The notes below the pieces were generated by a model that was not told the origin of the DNA, searched no databases, and saw only the letters and a list, made by a program, of their open reading frames with translations. A stretch of 49,453 nucleotides of DNA, taken from the NCBI GenBank assembly GCA_037445815.1, contig JBBIJV010000003.1, positions 1-49,453 on the forward strand. Reading direction: 5' to 3'. Each line of letters begins with the position of its first letter. Within the stretch, counting starts at the first letter, position 1. The DNA is from Rhodospirillaceae bacterium (GTDB lineage: Bacteria > Pseudomonadota > Gammaproteobacteria > Steroidobacterales > Rariloculaceae). This document shows, piece after piece, positions 27,142 through 36,681 of this stretch. Position numbers and translations under genes: made by a program.

Positions 27142-29400
27142 ATGCGCATTGCATATCGCTCGCTGGCGGTAGCCTACACGCTCGTTTTCCTCACGTTTCA
27201 GTCGCATGCCCAAACGGAGCTGTTCCCTCGTCCCGCGGCGCTCGAGCCCGCCGTCAAGTTCTGGACGCGCGTTTACACCGAGATCGACACGCAGTCGGGT
27301 TTCATCCACGACTCGCTGCGCATGGACATCGTCTATCAGACGGTGCGCGTGCCGAACGATCTCGGCTCGCGCGAGCGGCGCCGGCGCATCGAGCGCGCGA
27401 CGGAGTCGGTTCGCGAAGCGCTGGCGAAGCTCGCGAGCGGCGCCCGCCAAGGATTGAGCAACGACGAAGAGCGAATCCTCGCGTTGTTCCCCGCGGGAAC
27501 GAGCAATGCCGAGTTCGGCGCGGCGGCCGGCCGCTTGCGCTTCCAGCTCGGCCAGGCCGACCGATTTCGCGCGGGACTGATCCGCTCCGGCACGTGGAAG
27601 CCGTACATCCGCGATGTGCTCGCGAAACGCGGTTTGCCGCTCGAGCTCGCGGCGCTGCCGCACGTCGAGTCGTCGTTCGATCCCACGGCGTACTCGAAGG
27701 TCGGCGCGGCCGGCATGTGGCAATTCACGCGCTCAACGGGCGTGCGCTACATGCGCATCGACCACATCATCGACGAGCGCCGCGATCCGTTCTTGGCCAC
27801 GGACGCCGCGGCCCGATTGCTCGCCGACAACTACAGTGTCGTACAGTCGTGGCCGCTGGCGCTGACGGCGTACAACCACGGCCTGGCCGGCATGCGCCGC
27901 GCCGTGGCGCAGCAACAGACCACCGACATCGCGACGATCGTCGCCAAATATCAGAGCCGCTCGTTCGGCTTCGCCTCGCGCAATTTCTACACGGCGTTTC
28001 TCGCGGCGCTCGAGATCGACCAGAACCCCGAGCGCTACTTCCCGAACCTCAAAATCAACCCGCCGTCCGACACGGACACCATCGTCGTGCCGGCCTACAT
28101 GACCGTCGACACGCTGGCCGACGCGCTGAACCTGCGCGAGAGCGCGCTGCGCGAGCTCAATCCGGCGCTCACGGACATCGTCTGGTCCGGCGACAAGTAC
28201 GTTCCCCAGGGTTTCCCGCTGCGCGTGCCGCGCGCCACGGCCGCCGTCGCCGAAGCGCTGCTCGGCACGATCGACGCGGACAAAATGTTCGCCGCGCAAG
28301 TGCCGGACCGCGAGCATCGCGTGCGCCGCGGCGACACGCTGTCGCGCATCGCCGCGGAGTACCGCGTCAGCCTCGCGGCGCTGCTGCGCGTCAACAACAT
28401 GACGAGCCGCGACATCCTCCGCGTGGGGCAGCGCATCCGCCTGCCGGTCGACGGCGTCGTTCCGCCGCCCGACGCGACGCTCGTGCGTGCGGAAGAGCCC
28501 GCACCCGAGGAGGCCACGCCGGCTTTGGCCGCGACGAGCGCCGAGGGCATCTACGTCGTCCGCCGGGGCGATAGCATCGAGCGCATCGCGGGGCGACTCG
28601 GCGTCGACCCGCAAGCGCTGATCGCCGCGAACGGCATTCGTAACCGCAACCTGATCCAGGTCGGCCAGCAGCTCATCATCCCGACGACGCCGGGCGCCGT
28701 CGTGGCCGTGGCGGCCGTCGCGGCGCAGCCGCAACAAGGCGAGGCGCCGCTCGCGTCGGCGGAAGAATTGCCGGTACCCGTCGCGGCCGCGCCGGCATCG
28801 GCAGCCGAGGTGACGGCCGCCCTCGCCCCGGCCGTGCTCGAGAACGGCGAGCCGGCGCCGGCAGCCGAAGAAGAGGTCGGCGACGTCAACGCCCTCGCGG
28901 CCGAGCAGGACGTGCTCGCGGCGGACCCGAGCGACTACTCCGTCAGCGCGGCGAACGAGATCACGGTGCAAGCGCTCGAGACGCTCGGCCACTACGCCGA
29001 TTGGCTCGAGATCCCGACACAGCGCCTGCGCGACCTGAACTCGCTGTCCTTCCGCGAAGCCGTCGTGCTCGGCCAGAGCCTCGAGCTCGATTTCTCGCGC
29101 GTCGACGCGTCGACGTTCGAGCAGCGCCGCCGCGCGTACCACCAGCAGATCCAGAGCGACTTCTTCGCAGCGCACCGCATCGAGGACATAGAGAGCCACG
29201 TAGTCAAGGCCGGCGAGTCGTTGTGGATTTTGGCCGCGCGCCGGTACAACGTACCCGTATGGCTGCTGCGCCAGTACAACCCGGACCTCGATTTCGACCG
29301 GATCCAGCCCGGCACGGTCGTGAAATTCCCGCGGCTCAAGGCCATCGCCGAGGAGAACGCCGCGACGGCCGGGTCGCAGGTCGTGGCCGACAACGCCTGA
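27142..29400 (+). CDS. MltD-like lytic transglycosylase with LysM domains
   Basis: Signal peptide; SLT motifs VESSF, AAGMWQF, AYNHG; three LysM repeats (HRVRRGDTL, YVVRRGDSI, HVVKAGESL). Confidence 0.92.
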   Translation: MRIAYRSLAVAYTLVFLTFQSHAQTELFPRPAALEPAVKFWTRVYTEIDTQSGFIHDSLRMDIVYQTVRVPNDLGSRERRRRIERATESVREALAKLASGARQGLSNDEERILALFPAGTSNAEFGAAAGRLRFQLGQADRFRAGLIRSGTWKPYIRDVLAKRGLPLELAALPHVESSFDPTAYSKVGAAGMWQFTRSTGVRYMRIDHIIDERRDPFLATDAAARLLADNYSVVQSWPLALTAYNHGLAGMRRAVAQQQTTDIATIVAKYQSRSFGFASRNFYTAFLAALEIDQNPERYFPNLKINPPSDTDTIVVPAYMTVDTLADALNLRESALRELNPALTDIVWSGDKYVPQGFPLRVPRATAAVAEALLGTIDADKMFAAQVPDREHRVRRGDTLSRIAAEYRVSLAALLRVNNMTSRDILRVGQRIRLPVDGVVPPPDATLVRAEEPAPEEATPALAATSAEGIYVVRRGDSIERIAGRLGVDPQALIAANGIRNRNLIQVGQQLIIPTTPGAVVAVAAVAAQPQQGEAPLASAEELPVPVAAAPASAAEVTAALAPAVLENGEPAPAAEEEVGDVNALAAEQDVLAADPSDYSVSAANEITVQALETLGHYADWLEIPTQRLRDLNSLSFREAVVLGQSLELDFSRVDASTFEQRRRAYHQQIQSDFFAAHRIEDIESHVVKAGESLWILAARRYNVPVWLLRQYNPDLDFDRIQPGTVVKFPRLKAIAEENAATAGSQVVADNA

Positions 29401-29419
29401 CGCGGCGGTCCGAGGTCTC

Positions 29420-30262
29420 ATGAGCGCGCCGTCCGACGAATTCGGCCGCGTGCTCGCCGGCAAGGTGGTCGCCGTGCCGGAGGCACGCCAGCTCGACGTG
29501 CTCGCGAGCCTGCTCGAGCGCCGCGGAGCGAGCGTGCTGCGCTGCCCCCTCGTCGGCATCGCGGACTCGCCCGACGAGCCCGCCGTCGTCGCCTGGATCG
29601 ACCGGCTGATCACCACTCCGCCGGATCTCCTCGTCTTCTACACCGGCGAAGGCGTCGAGCGCCTGGCCGGCTTCGCGCACCGCGCGGGGCGTGGCGCGGC
29701 GTTCGTCGCGGCGCTCGGCCGCACGCGTAAGCTCACGCGCGGCCCGAAGCCGAAGCGGGCGCTGAAGAAGCTCGGCCTCGACGCCGAATATGCGGCGAGC
29801 GAGCCGACGACGGCGGGACTGATCGAGACCGCGAAGAGCATCGCGGCACCGCTCGAGCGCGTCGCGATTCAGCTCTACAGCCGGGAACAAGACCGCCAGC
29901 TCGCCGCCTACTTCGCGGAGCGCGGCGCCGCCGTCGATTGCATCGCACCGTACGTCTACGCTTCGGCGGCCGACGACGAGCGCGTCGTCGCGTTGCTCGA
30001 GGAGATGGCCGCCGGCCGCGTCGATGCCATCGCCTTCACGAGCCAGGCGCAGGTGCAGCGGCTCGTGGAGCTCGCGAAGAGGCGACGGCTCGACACCGTG
30101 CTGCGCACGGGGCTCGGCAAGACGAAGGTAGCGGCCGTCGGCCCCGTCGTGGCGGCCGCGCTGAACGAAGCCGGCTTCCGCGTCGACGCGACGCCGACCG
30201 ACAGCTATTCGATGAAGCCGCTCGTGACGACGCTCTGCGAGCTGCTCGAGAAACGGCCCTAA
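29420..30262 (+). CDS. hemD: Uroporphyrinogen-III synthase
   Basis: PEARQ, FYTGEG, RGPKP, PYVY, DAIAFTS..QV, AVGPV. Confidence 0.85.
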   Translation: MSAPSDEFGRVLAGKVVAVPEARQLDVLASLLERRGASVLRCPLVGIADSPDEPAVVAWIDRLITTPPDLLVFYTGEGVERLAGFAHRAGRGAAFVAALGRTRKLTRGPKPKRALKKLGLDAEYAASEPTTAGLIETAKSIAAPLERVAIQLYSREQDRQLAAYFAERGAAVDCIAPYVYASAADDERVVALLEEMAAGRVDAIAFTSQAQVQRLVELAKRRRLDTVLRTGLGKTKVAAVGPVVAAALNEAGFRVDATPTDSYSMKPLVTTLCELLEKRP

Positions 30263-30753
30263 CGCTTGGCGCGCCGAAGCTCCATGGCCGTAGGCCGGCC
30301 GTCCGCCGCGGGCTGATACCAGACGGAGAAGTCGGAGAGCGCCGTGCGGTAGTCGCCGAGCGGGTCCTTGCTCTCGATCTCGAACGCATCGAAACCCGTC
30401 CGCAGCATGAAGAAGAGCTGCTCGAGCAGCACCTCGCCGACGGCGCGCACCTCTCCCTTGTAGCCGTAACGCTCGCGCAGCAGCCGCGCATAGGAGTACG
30501 CGCGCCCATCGCGAAACTTCGGGAACTCGAGCGCCACGACGGCGAAATACTCGAGATCCGCGGCGATGAGGTCGGGCGGCTGATCGCTGTGCAAGCGAAT
30601 ACCGAGCGGCGTGCCGCGCGCGAGCAGCTCCTCACGGCGGGCCCTCCATTGATCGACGCTGACGATCACGGGACCCGAGGGCGGAATCGCTTCCGCGCCG
30701 CTAGCATCGACGAACGAGCTCGCGACGAGCTCACCGTTCTTCACGAGCGCCAT
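30259..30753 (-). CDS. DUF934 family protein (sulfite-reductase associated)
   Basis: C-terminal part of track ORF 30259..32139; FPKFRDGRAYSYARLLRER, EVRAVGEVL.EQ, RTGFDAF, YQ. Confidence 0.9.
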   Translation of the reverse strand: MALVKNGELVASSFVDASGAEAIPPSGPVIVSVDQWRARREELLARGTPLGIRLHSDQPPDLIAADLEYFAVVALEFPKFRDGRAYSYARLLRERYGYKGEVRAVGEVLLEQLFFMLRTGFDAFEIESKDPLGDYRTALSDFSVWYQPAADGRPTAMELRRAKR

Positions 30754-32420
30754 CAGGCCGCCTGGCTTTGGTCGCCGTAAACGGCGCTCTTGAACGGCTC
30801 TATGCCGACGCGCCGATACGTATCGAGGAAGCGCTCGTTCTGCTCGCGCATGACGAGATACGTGTCGACGATCTTGCGAATCGCGGCCGGCACCTCGGCT
30901 TGCGGCAGTCCCGGGCCGAGCCGGTCGCCGAGCGAGGCGTGCTGATCCGACGAGCCGCCGAGCGTGAGCTGGAAGAACTCCTGGCCGCGCTTGTCGACGC
31001 CCAGGATGCCGATGTGGCCGACGTGATGATGGCCGCAGGCGTTCATACAGCCCGAGATGTTGATCGTGAATTGGCCGATCTTCTGCAGCTCGTCGAGATC
31101 CGTGAACGCGCGGCCGATGTCCTGCGCTATCGGAATCGAGCGCGCGTTGGCGAGCGCGCAGAAGTCCAAGCCCGGGCAGCAGATGATGTCCGACAGCAAC
31201 CCCAAGTTCGGCGTCGCGAGCTCGAGAGCGGCGAGCTTGTGCCACAGCTCGTAGAGATCGGACTGCTTGACGTCGACGAAAACCAGGTTCTGCCGGTGGC
31301 TCACGCGGATCTCGCCCATGCTGTACCGGTCCGCGAGGTCGGCGACGGCGTCCATCTTGTCGGCCGTGATGTCGCCGGGCGCCTTGCCGGGCGCCTTCAG
31401 CGATAGGTTCACGATGGCGTAGCCCGGCACCTTGTGCTCGACGACGTTGCCGCGCATCCAGCGATCGAACGCGCGGTCGCCGGCGCGCAGCTTCTCGAGC
31501 AGCTCCGTCTCGTCGGCGAGCTTCTCGTACTGCGGCGGCGCGAAGTACGCGTTGATGCGCGCGACCTCTTCGTGGGGAACCTTCAGCGCGCCGTTCTTCG
31601 TGAACTCCCAGTCCTCGTCGACGAGCGCGCGGTACTTGTCGATGCCCATCTGGTTCACGATGATCTTGATGCGCGCCTTGTGGATGTTGTCGCGCCGCCC
31701 GTGCATGTTGTAAACGCGCAGGATCGACTCGACGTACGACAACAAGTCCTCCGGCGCCAGCCACTTCCTGATCGTCTGGCCGATGTACGGCGTGCGGCCG
31801 AGCCCTCCGCCCACGAGCACCTCGAAGCCGATCTCGCCCTGCTCGTTCTTGTGCATCCGCAGCCCGATGTCGTGCACGGCCACGGCCGCACGGTCGTTCG
31901 GCGAGCCCGTCACGGCGATCTTGAACTTGCGCGGTAGGTACGAGAACTCCGGGTGCAGGAACGAGTACTGGCGCAGTAGCTCGCAGTACACGCGCGGATC
32001 GGCAAGCTCGTCCTTCGCGCGCCCCGCGTACTGGTCCGACGTGATGTTGCGGACGCAGTTGCCCGACGACTGTATGCTCGTGACCTCGACCTCGGCGAGG
32101 TGCTCGAGGATGTCCGGCACCTGCTCGAGCTTGATCCAATTGAACTGCAAGTTCTGCCGCGTCGTGAAGTGACCGTAGTTCTTGTCGTACGCGCGCGCGA
32201 GATAGGCGAACTTGCGCATCTGCCGCGAAGACAACGTGCCGTAGGGCACGTTGATGCGCAGCATGTACGCGTGCAGCTGCAGGTACAGCCCGTTCATGAG
32301 CCGCAGCGGGCGGAACTGATCCTCGGTGAGCTCGCCGTTCAAGCGGCGCTTCACCTGGCGGCGAAACTGCGCGACGCGCTCCTTGACGAAGCGGGCGTCG
32401 AATTCATCGTAGCGATACAT
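30753..32420 (-). CDS. cysI: Sulfite reductase hemoprotein (Pseudomonas-type CysI; nitrite/sulfite reductase family)
   Basis: MYRYDEFD, GLYLQLHAYMLR, HFTTRQN, LPRKFKIA; siroheme/4Fe-4S ligand motifs CPGLDFC and SGCMNACG. Confidence 0.92.
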   Translation of the reverse strand: MYRYDEFDARFVKERVAQFRRQVKRRLNGELTEDQFRPLRLMNGLYLQLHAYMLRINVPYGTLSSRQMRKFAYLARAYDKNYGHFTTRQNLQFNWIKLEQVPDILEHLAEVEVTSIQSSGNCVRNITSDQYAGRAKDELADPRVYCELLRQYSFLHPEFSYLPRKFKIAVTGSPNDRAAVAVHDIGLRMHKNEQGEIGFEVLVGGGLGRTPYIGQTIRKWLAPEDLLSYVESILRVYNMHGRRDNIHKARIKIIVNQMGIDKYRALVDEDWEFTKNGALKVPHEEVARINAYFAPPQYEKLADETELLEKLRAGDRAFDRWMRGNVVEHKVPGYAIVNLSLKAPGKAPGDITADKMDAVADLADRYSMGEIRVSHRQNLVFVDVKQSDLYELWHKLAALELATPNLGLLSDIICCPGLDFCALANARSIPIAQDIGRAFTDLDELQKIGQFTINISGCMNACGHHHVGHIGILGVDKRGQEFFQLTLGGSSDQHASLGDRLGPGLPQAEVPAAIRKIVDTYLVMREQNERFLDTYRRVGIEPFKSAVYGDQSQAA

Positions 32421-32456
32421 CGGTGCTCCCCATCCTGTCGGCGTGCCGCGCGGAGC

Positions 32457-32744
32457 TCAAACCTCGGTGAGGTCCGTGCGCACCGTCGGCCCGAAGGCCC
32501 GAATCGCCTCGCGGATCGCCGTCGGGCGCGGCGTGCCGTCCTTGAGCTCGACGTCGATCAGCTGCGGATCGATGACCTGGCACTCGGCCTCGTGCCGCTT
32601 CGCCACAGCCATGAGCCGCGTCGCTTCGCCCTCGTCGTCGATGAGCGCACCGGCCCCGATCGAGGTGTCCCACGCCTCGCCCGGCGCCAAGAAAACGACC
32701 GCGCCGTCGCGCAGCCGGTTCGCAATGATCATCTGCGGCATCAA
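32457..32744 (-). CDS. DUF2849 family protein
   Basis: ANRLRDGAVVFL...REAIRAFGPT; typical position upstream of cysI. Confidence 0.88.
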   Translation of the reverse strand: MMPQMIIANRLRDGAVVFLAPGEAWDTSIGAGALIDDEGEATRLMAVAKRHEAECQVIDPQLIDVELKDGTPRPTAIREAIRAFGPTVRTDLTEV

Positions 32745-32831
32745 CGATTCGTGCGGCCACGGCCGCCAGTCGCCCCTTTTTGGGAGGGCGTATTCTACAC
32801 AGCGTCATGCACACGGCTGCAGCTTCCGAAA

Positions 32832-32866
32832 CTGTGCACAAAATCTGTGGATAACGCTGTGGAGAA
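32832..32866. promoter_or_regulatory. Cluster of three DnaA boxes (DARS-like core)
   Basis: CTGTGCACA (forward, 2 mismatches to TTWTNCACA) -5 bp- TGTGGATAA (perfect, reverse) -3 bp- TGTGGAGAA (reverse, 1 mismatch). Confidence 0.8.
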
Positions 32867-32954
32867 GTATTTGAAAATCGCCGCGCACCGCAGTCTTCAT
32901 TAATCCGAAGTCAATTTGGTCAAAAAACCGTCAAAAAAGAACTCTTCCTTAGAA

Positions 32955-32967
32955 TATCAAAAACTTA
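32955..32967 (+). promoter_or_regulatory. IHF binding site
   Basis: TATCAA-AAAC-TTA matches WATCAA-N4-TTR exactly, with A-tracts upstream. Confidence 0.7.
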
Positions 32968-33144
32968 CGTCACGTTACGACGATGGCGCATAAGGAACGG
33001 ACGACAACCGGTCGGGCCCCGAACGTTAATTCCAATTCTTGGAACGGAGCTGTGTACAGCCGCGCTCGGAAAGCATGGCTTCGGACCCGCTGCGGCTCGT
33101 CGTTCGCATGACGTATAGTTTCGACGGACGACGGGGGGATCGCC

Positions 33145-34026
33145 ATGAATATTCGTTCGAAGCTAATGCCCGTGGCGGTGCTCGCGGCGACGGCAGGCGG
33201 TGTTGCACCGGAAGCGCGGAGCGCGCCGTCGGTCCAATCCGACATCCCCTACGCGACGAGCTCGGGCGGCGAGCTGCTCGAGCTCGACCTCTACTTGCCC
33301 GACTCGGCCGGCGCACCGCTCCTCGTCTGGATTCACGGCGGCGCCTGGGAAAACGGCGATAAATCGGCGATGCCGCTCGAGCCGTTCGTCGAGCGCGGTT
33401 TCGCCGTTGCGAGCCTCGACTTCAGCCCCGCCTCGAAGGCCCGCTTCCCGGGCCAGGTGCACGAGATTAAGGCCGGCATCCGCTTTCTGCGGGCGCAGGC
33501 GAAACGCTACGGCTACGCCGCCGGGCGCATCGCCATCCTCGGCGCCTCGTCGGGCGGTCATCTCGCCGCGGTCGTGGGCACGAGCAACGGCATGGCCGAG
33601 CTCGAAGGCACGCTCGGCGATCACCGCGACGAGTCGTCCGACGTTCACGCGATCGTGTCGTACTTCCCCGCCACGAACCTGACGACGATTTTGCAACAGT
33701 CCACGCCGTTCGGGCTCCGGATCCGCGAGCCGGCGTTGACGCGCCTGCTCGGGGCGGCGCCGACCGATGTAGAGCCGCTCGCACGCCTCGCGAGCCCCGT
33801 GTTCCAGGTCGACCGCACCGATCCGCCGCTCATGCTGCTGCACGGCGATCAGGATCCACAGATGCCGATCAACCAGTCGCACGAGCTCGAGGGCGCGTAC
33901 GCCCGCGCGGGAGCGCAAGCGGAGCTCATCGTCGTGCACGGTGCCGCGCACGGCGGCGATGCGTTCTATTCGCCCGAGAACGTGCAGCGCGTCGAGCGGT
34001 TCCTGCGAGCGCAGCTCGATCGCTGA
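33145..34026 (+). CDS. Secreted alpha/beta hydrolase (HSL-like esterase)
   Basis: Signal peptide; IHGGAW, GASSGG nucleophile, HGDQD, GAAHG. Confidence 0.9.
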   Translation: MNIRSKLMPVAVLAATAGGVAPEARSAPSVQSDIPYATSSGGELLELDLYLPDSAGAPLLVWIHGGAWENGDKSAMPLEPFVERGFAVASLDFSPASKARFPGQVHEIKAGIRFLRAQAKRYGYAAGRIAILGASSGGHLAAVVGTSNGMAELEGTLGDHRDESSDVHAIVSYFPATNLTTILQQSTPFGLRIREPALTRLLGAAPTDVEPLARLASPVFQVDRTDPPLMLLHGDQDPQMPINQSHELEGAYARAGAQAELIVVHGAAHGGDAFYSPENVQRVERFLRAQLDR

Positions 34027-34046
34027 GCGGCGCGCGGAGCGGCGAC

Positions 34047-34280
34047 TCAGCCGCCGTTCGGACGGTCGGGAGGGTCTTCGGGCGGCCCGCCGCCCCACTG
34101 TTCGCGATGAGCTTCTTCGGCCGCGCGTTGCACGTCGGCGTGCCGCCGGCTGAGCAGCAGGCTGCCCGGCGGGCAGACCCGCGCGCGGATCAGCCCGAGG
34201 TCGGCAGCGGCATCGAATAGGCTCGGATACCACTGTCTCCAGCCCGGCAGCAACCGATCCACCTGGTCGCGCAAGCTCAT
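34047..34280 (-). CDS. Small hypothetical protein (77 aa)
   Basis: Protein-like sequence (LLPGWRQWYPSLFDAAADLGLIRARVC...EQWGG) that fills the gap exactly. Confidence 0.7.
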   Translation of the reverse strand: MSLRDQVDRLLPGWRQWYPSLFDAAADLGLIRARVCPPGSLLLSRRHADVQRAAEEAHREQWGGGPPEDPPDRPNGG

Positions 34281-34335
34281 TTATCGAGCCTATCGGAGCG
34301 CGCCGGGGCCCGCAATGACGCCCGCACGGGAGGTG

Positions 34336-35337
34336 TCAGCGCAGGAAATCCGCGGGATCGCGAGCGCCACCGCGCCGTCCCGGCTCGCGCACGTACACGC
34401 CGAAGTGCAGATGCGGCGGCGTGCTGATCGCATTGCCGGTGTTGCCGACGGCGCCGAGCGGCTGACCCGCGGTCACGAACTCGCCGGGCTCCACCCACTG
34501 CTCTGCCAGATGCGCGTAGTAGACGCGCATGTTGCCGAACAGCGGCTGCATCCAGATCACGTTGCCGCCGACGCGCGTCGTCTCGACACGCGTGATCCAA
34601 GCGTCGGTGGCCGCGAGCACCGGCGTGCCGCGCGCTGCGAAGATGTCGACGCCGCGATGCGCGCGCCGTCCGCCGTCGCGCTCCGCTCCGAAGCCGCTCC
34701 AGATCGCGCTGCCGCCGACCCCTTGAACGGGGAACTCAAGCAGCGCTTTGGCTTCGAGCTCGAGGTCGAGCTCGACCGTCTCGCCGACCGGTGGCTGAGC
34801 GCGCAGCACGTAGTCGCCGCCTTCGACGACATCAATCGTGAACGGCTCTGCACGGCTGCCGGGCAGCGCGCCGGCCACGCGCTCGTAGCGCGGCGACGAG
34901 CCGCGAAAAACGTCAACGAACAGCTCGGTGGCGGCGCCTTCTGCACCCGCAACCTTGATGGCGAGGCGCCGGCCGGACGGAACCGTGAACGCATAGCCGA
35001 CGGCCGTCGCTCCGCTCGCCTGCGCGCCGATCCTGCGCAGCGGCAGCTCGACGCGCTCGGGCTCGAAAAGCGCCCGCTCGGCCGCGGCGATCCATTCGCC
35101 CGCGAGCGGGTTTCGCTGCAGCCGCGTGAGCGCGAGCTCGTAGCCGTACGCCTGATGCGGGTACTGCGGCGAATACGGCGGCATTTCGATCGTGTTGACG
35201 GCCGGGGCAAGCGACATGATCGGCGCAAGCGAAAGCATGCTGGCCGCGCTCAACGCGAAGAAGTTTCGGAACGAGCAACACGAAAACGCGCGCTGCGCCG
35301 CCCGCCGGAGAGCGCCTTGACCCGCCCGCACTGCCAT
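34336..35337 (-). CDS. M23 family metallopeptidase
   Basis: HRGVD (HxxxD), YYAHL, GNTGNA, PHLHF; start uncertain, an alternative ATG lies near 35238. Confidence 0.88.
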   Translation of the reverse strand: MAVRAGQGALRRAAQRAFSCCSFRNFFALSAASMLSLAPIMSLAPAVNTIEMPPYSPQYPHQAYGYELALTRLQRNPLAGEWIAAAERALFEPERVELPLRRIGAQASGATAVGYAFTVPSGRRLAIKVAGAEGAATELFVDVFRGSSPRYERVAGALPGSRAEPFTIDVVEGGDYVLRAQPPVGETVELDLELEAKALLEFPVQGVGGSAIWSGFGAERDGGRRAHRGVDIFAARGTPVLAATDAWITRVETTRVGGNVIWMQPLFGNMRVYYAHLAEQWVEPGEFVTAGQPLGAVGNTGNAISTPPHLHFGVYVREPGRRGGARDPADFLR

Positions 35338-35469
35338 CGAAATCGATGGTACGCGCGATCGAGAGACGGTGTCGAGCAGCGAACCTGCAGAAAAATTCAG
35401 CGCCTGCCCGTTGACCGGGCCACCCCTGCTCCCTACGTTAGCCCCAGTCTCTTGGCCGGGTTTCGGTAC

Positions 35470-36681
35470 ATGCTCTTTGGCGAGATCGTCATCGTTGCTC
35501 TTCAGTCGATTCGCGCGAACCTGTTCCGCGCAATCCTGACGATGCTCGGCATCATCATCGGCGTCGGGGCGGTCATCACGATGCTCGCAGCCGGCGCGGG
35601 CGCCCAGAAGCGCATCGACGACCAGATCGCGGCTTTGGGCGCCAACATCCTCACGGTGAACGCGTCGCAGTTCTTCTCGGGCGGCATCTCTCGCGAGCGG
35701 CAAACGCTCGTCGTCGACGACGTCGACGCGCTGCTCGCGGACGCGCGGTATCTCGACGCCGTCGTGCCCGAGATGCAGAACCGCGGCCAGCTCAAGCTCG
35801 ACAACTTGAACACGAACACGCGGCTCATCGGCACGACGGCCGACTACGCACGAGTGTTCAATTACAAGCTGGCGCACGGCCGGTTCTTCACGCCGGCCGA
35901 GGACGAGCAGCGAAAGCGCGTCGTCGTGCTGGGCGCGGACATTCCGGGGCAGCTCGACAAGGATCCCGCCGAGCTCGTCGGCCGCACGATCGCGGTCAAC
36001 GGCCAACCGTTCGAGATCGTCGGCGTCTTCGAGAGCATCGGCGGCGGCTTCGGCAATCAGAGCCCGGACTTCGCGGCGCTGATTCCGTTCCGGACGGCCC
36101 AGCAGCGCGTCTTCGGCCGCGAGCAGCTCGACAACATCAACGTCCGAGTCTCCGAGGGCGCGTCGATGGAACGCGCCATGGTCGACATCGAGCGCGTGCT
36201 GCGCCGCGAGCACAAGCTGATGCCGGGCGCGGCAAACGATTTCTCGATCGTCGATCGGCGCGAGTTTCTCGACACGCAGCAGGAAGCGCAGCGAACGTTC
36301 ACGATGCTGCTCGCGAGCATCGCGGGCGTCAGCCTCCTCGTCGGCGGCATCGGCATCATGAACATCATGCTCGTCAGCGTCACGGAGCGGACGCGGGAGA
36401 TCGGAATTCGCATGGCGCTCGGCGCGACGCGCTTCAGCATTCTCTTGCAGTTCCTCGTCGAGTCCGTCACTTTGTGCCTTTTGGGCGGTGGACTGGGCAT
36501 TGCTCTTGGCACTCTCGCAGCACGAACGCTGTCACGTTTCGCAGGCTGGGAAACCTTCGTGTCGCCGGAATCCGTGGGGCTCGCTTCGGCGTTCAGCGTC
36601 GGCGTCGGGCTGTTCTTCGGCATCTGGCCCGCGCGCCGCGCCGCGCGTCTCGATCCCATCGAAGCGTTGCGCTACGAGTAA
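35470..36681 (+). CDS. MacB/FtsX-like ABC transporter permease
   Basis: LTMLGIIIGV, GGIGIMNIMLVSVTERTREIGIR.ALGA, QFL.ES, PARRAA.LDPIEALRYE. Confidence 0.95.
   Translation: MLFGEIVIVALQSIRANLFRAILTMLGIIIGVGAVITMLAAGAGAQKRIDDQIAALGANILTVNASQFFSGGISRERQTLVVDDVDALLADARYLDAVVPEMQNRGQLKLDNLNTNTRLIGTTADYARVFNYKLAHGRFFTPAEDEQRKRVVVLGADIPGQLDKDPAELVGRTIAVNGQPFEIVGVFESIGGGFGNQSPDFAALIPFRTAQQRVFGREQLDNINVRVSEGASMERAMVDIERVLRREHKLMPGAANDFSIVDRREFLDTQQEAQRTFTMLLASIAGVSLLVGGIGIMNIMLVSVTERTREIGIRMALGATRFSILLQFLVESVTLCLLGGGLGIALGTLAARTLSRFAGWETFVSPESVGLASAFSVGVGLFFGIWPARRAARLDPIEALRYE

Noticed and set aside
30259-32139. Apparent long N-terminal extensions or fusions in track ORFs (also 2424..4187, 34315..36681, 39593..42151, 42482..44317, 24961..26181)
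   Set aside because: The N-terminal parts are off-frame read-through of neighbouring genes; the real starts are internal.
32760-33000. Chromosomal origin oriC
   Set aside because: Only three or four boxes, no repeated AT-rich 13-mers, and no dnaA/dnaN/gidA/parAB neighbours. The geometry fits DARS better, though oriC cannot be fully excluded without GC skew.
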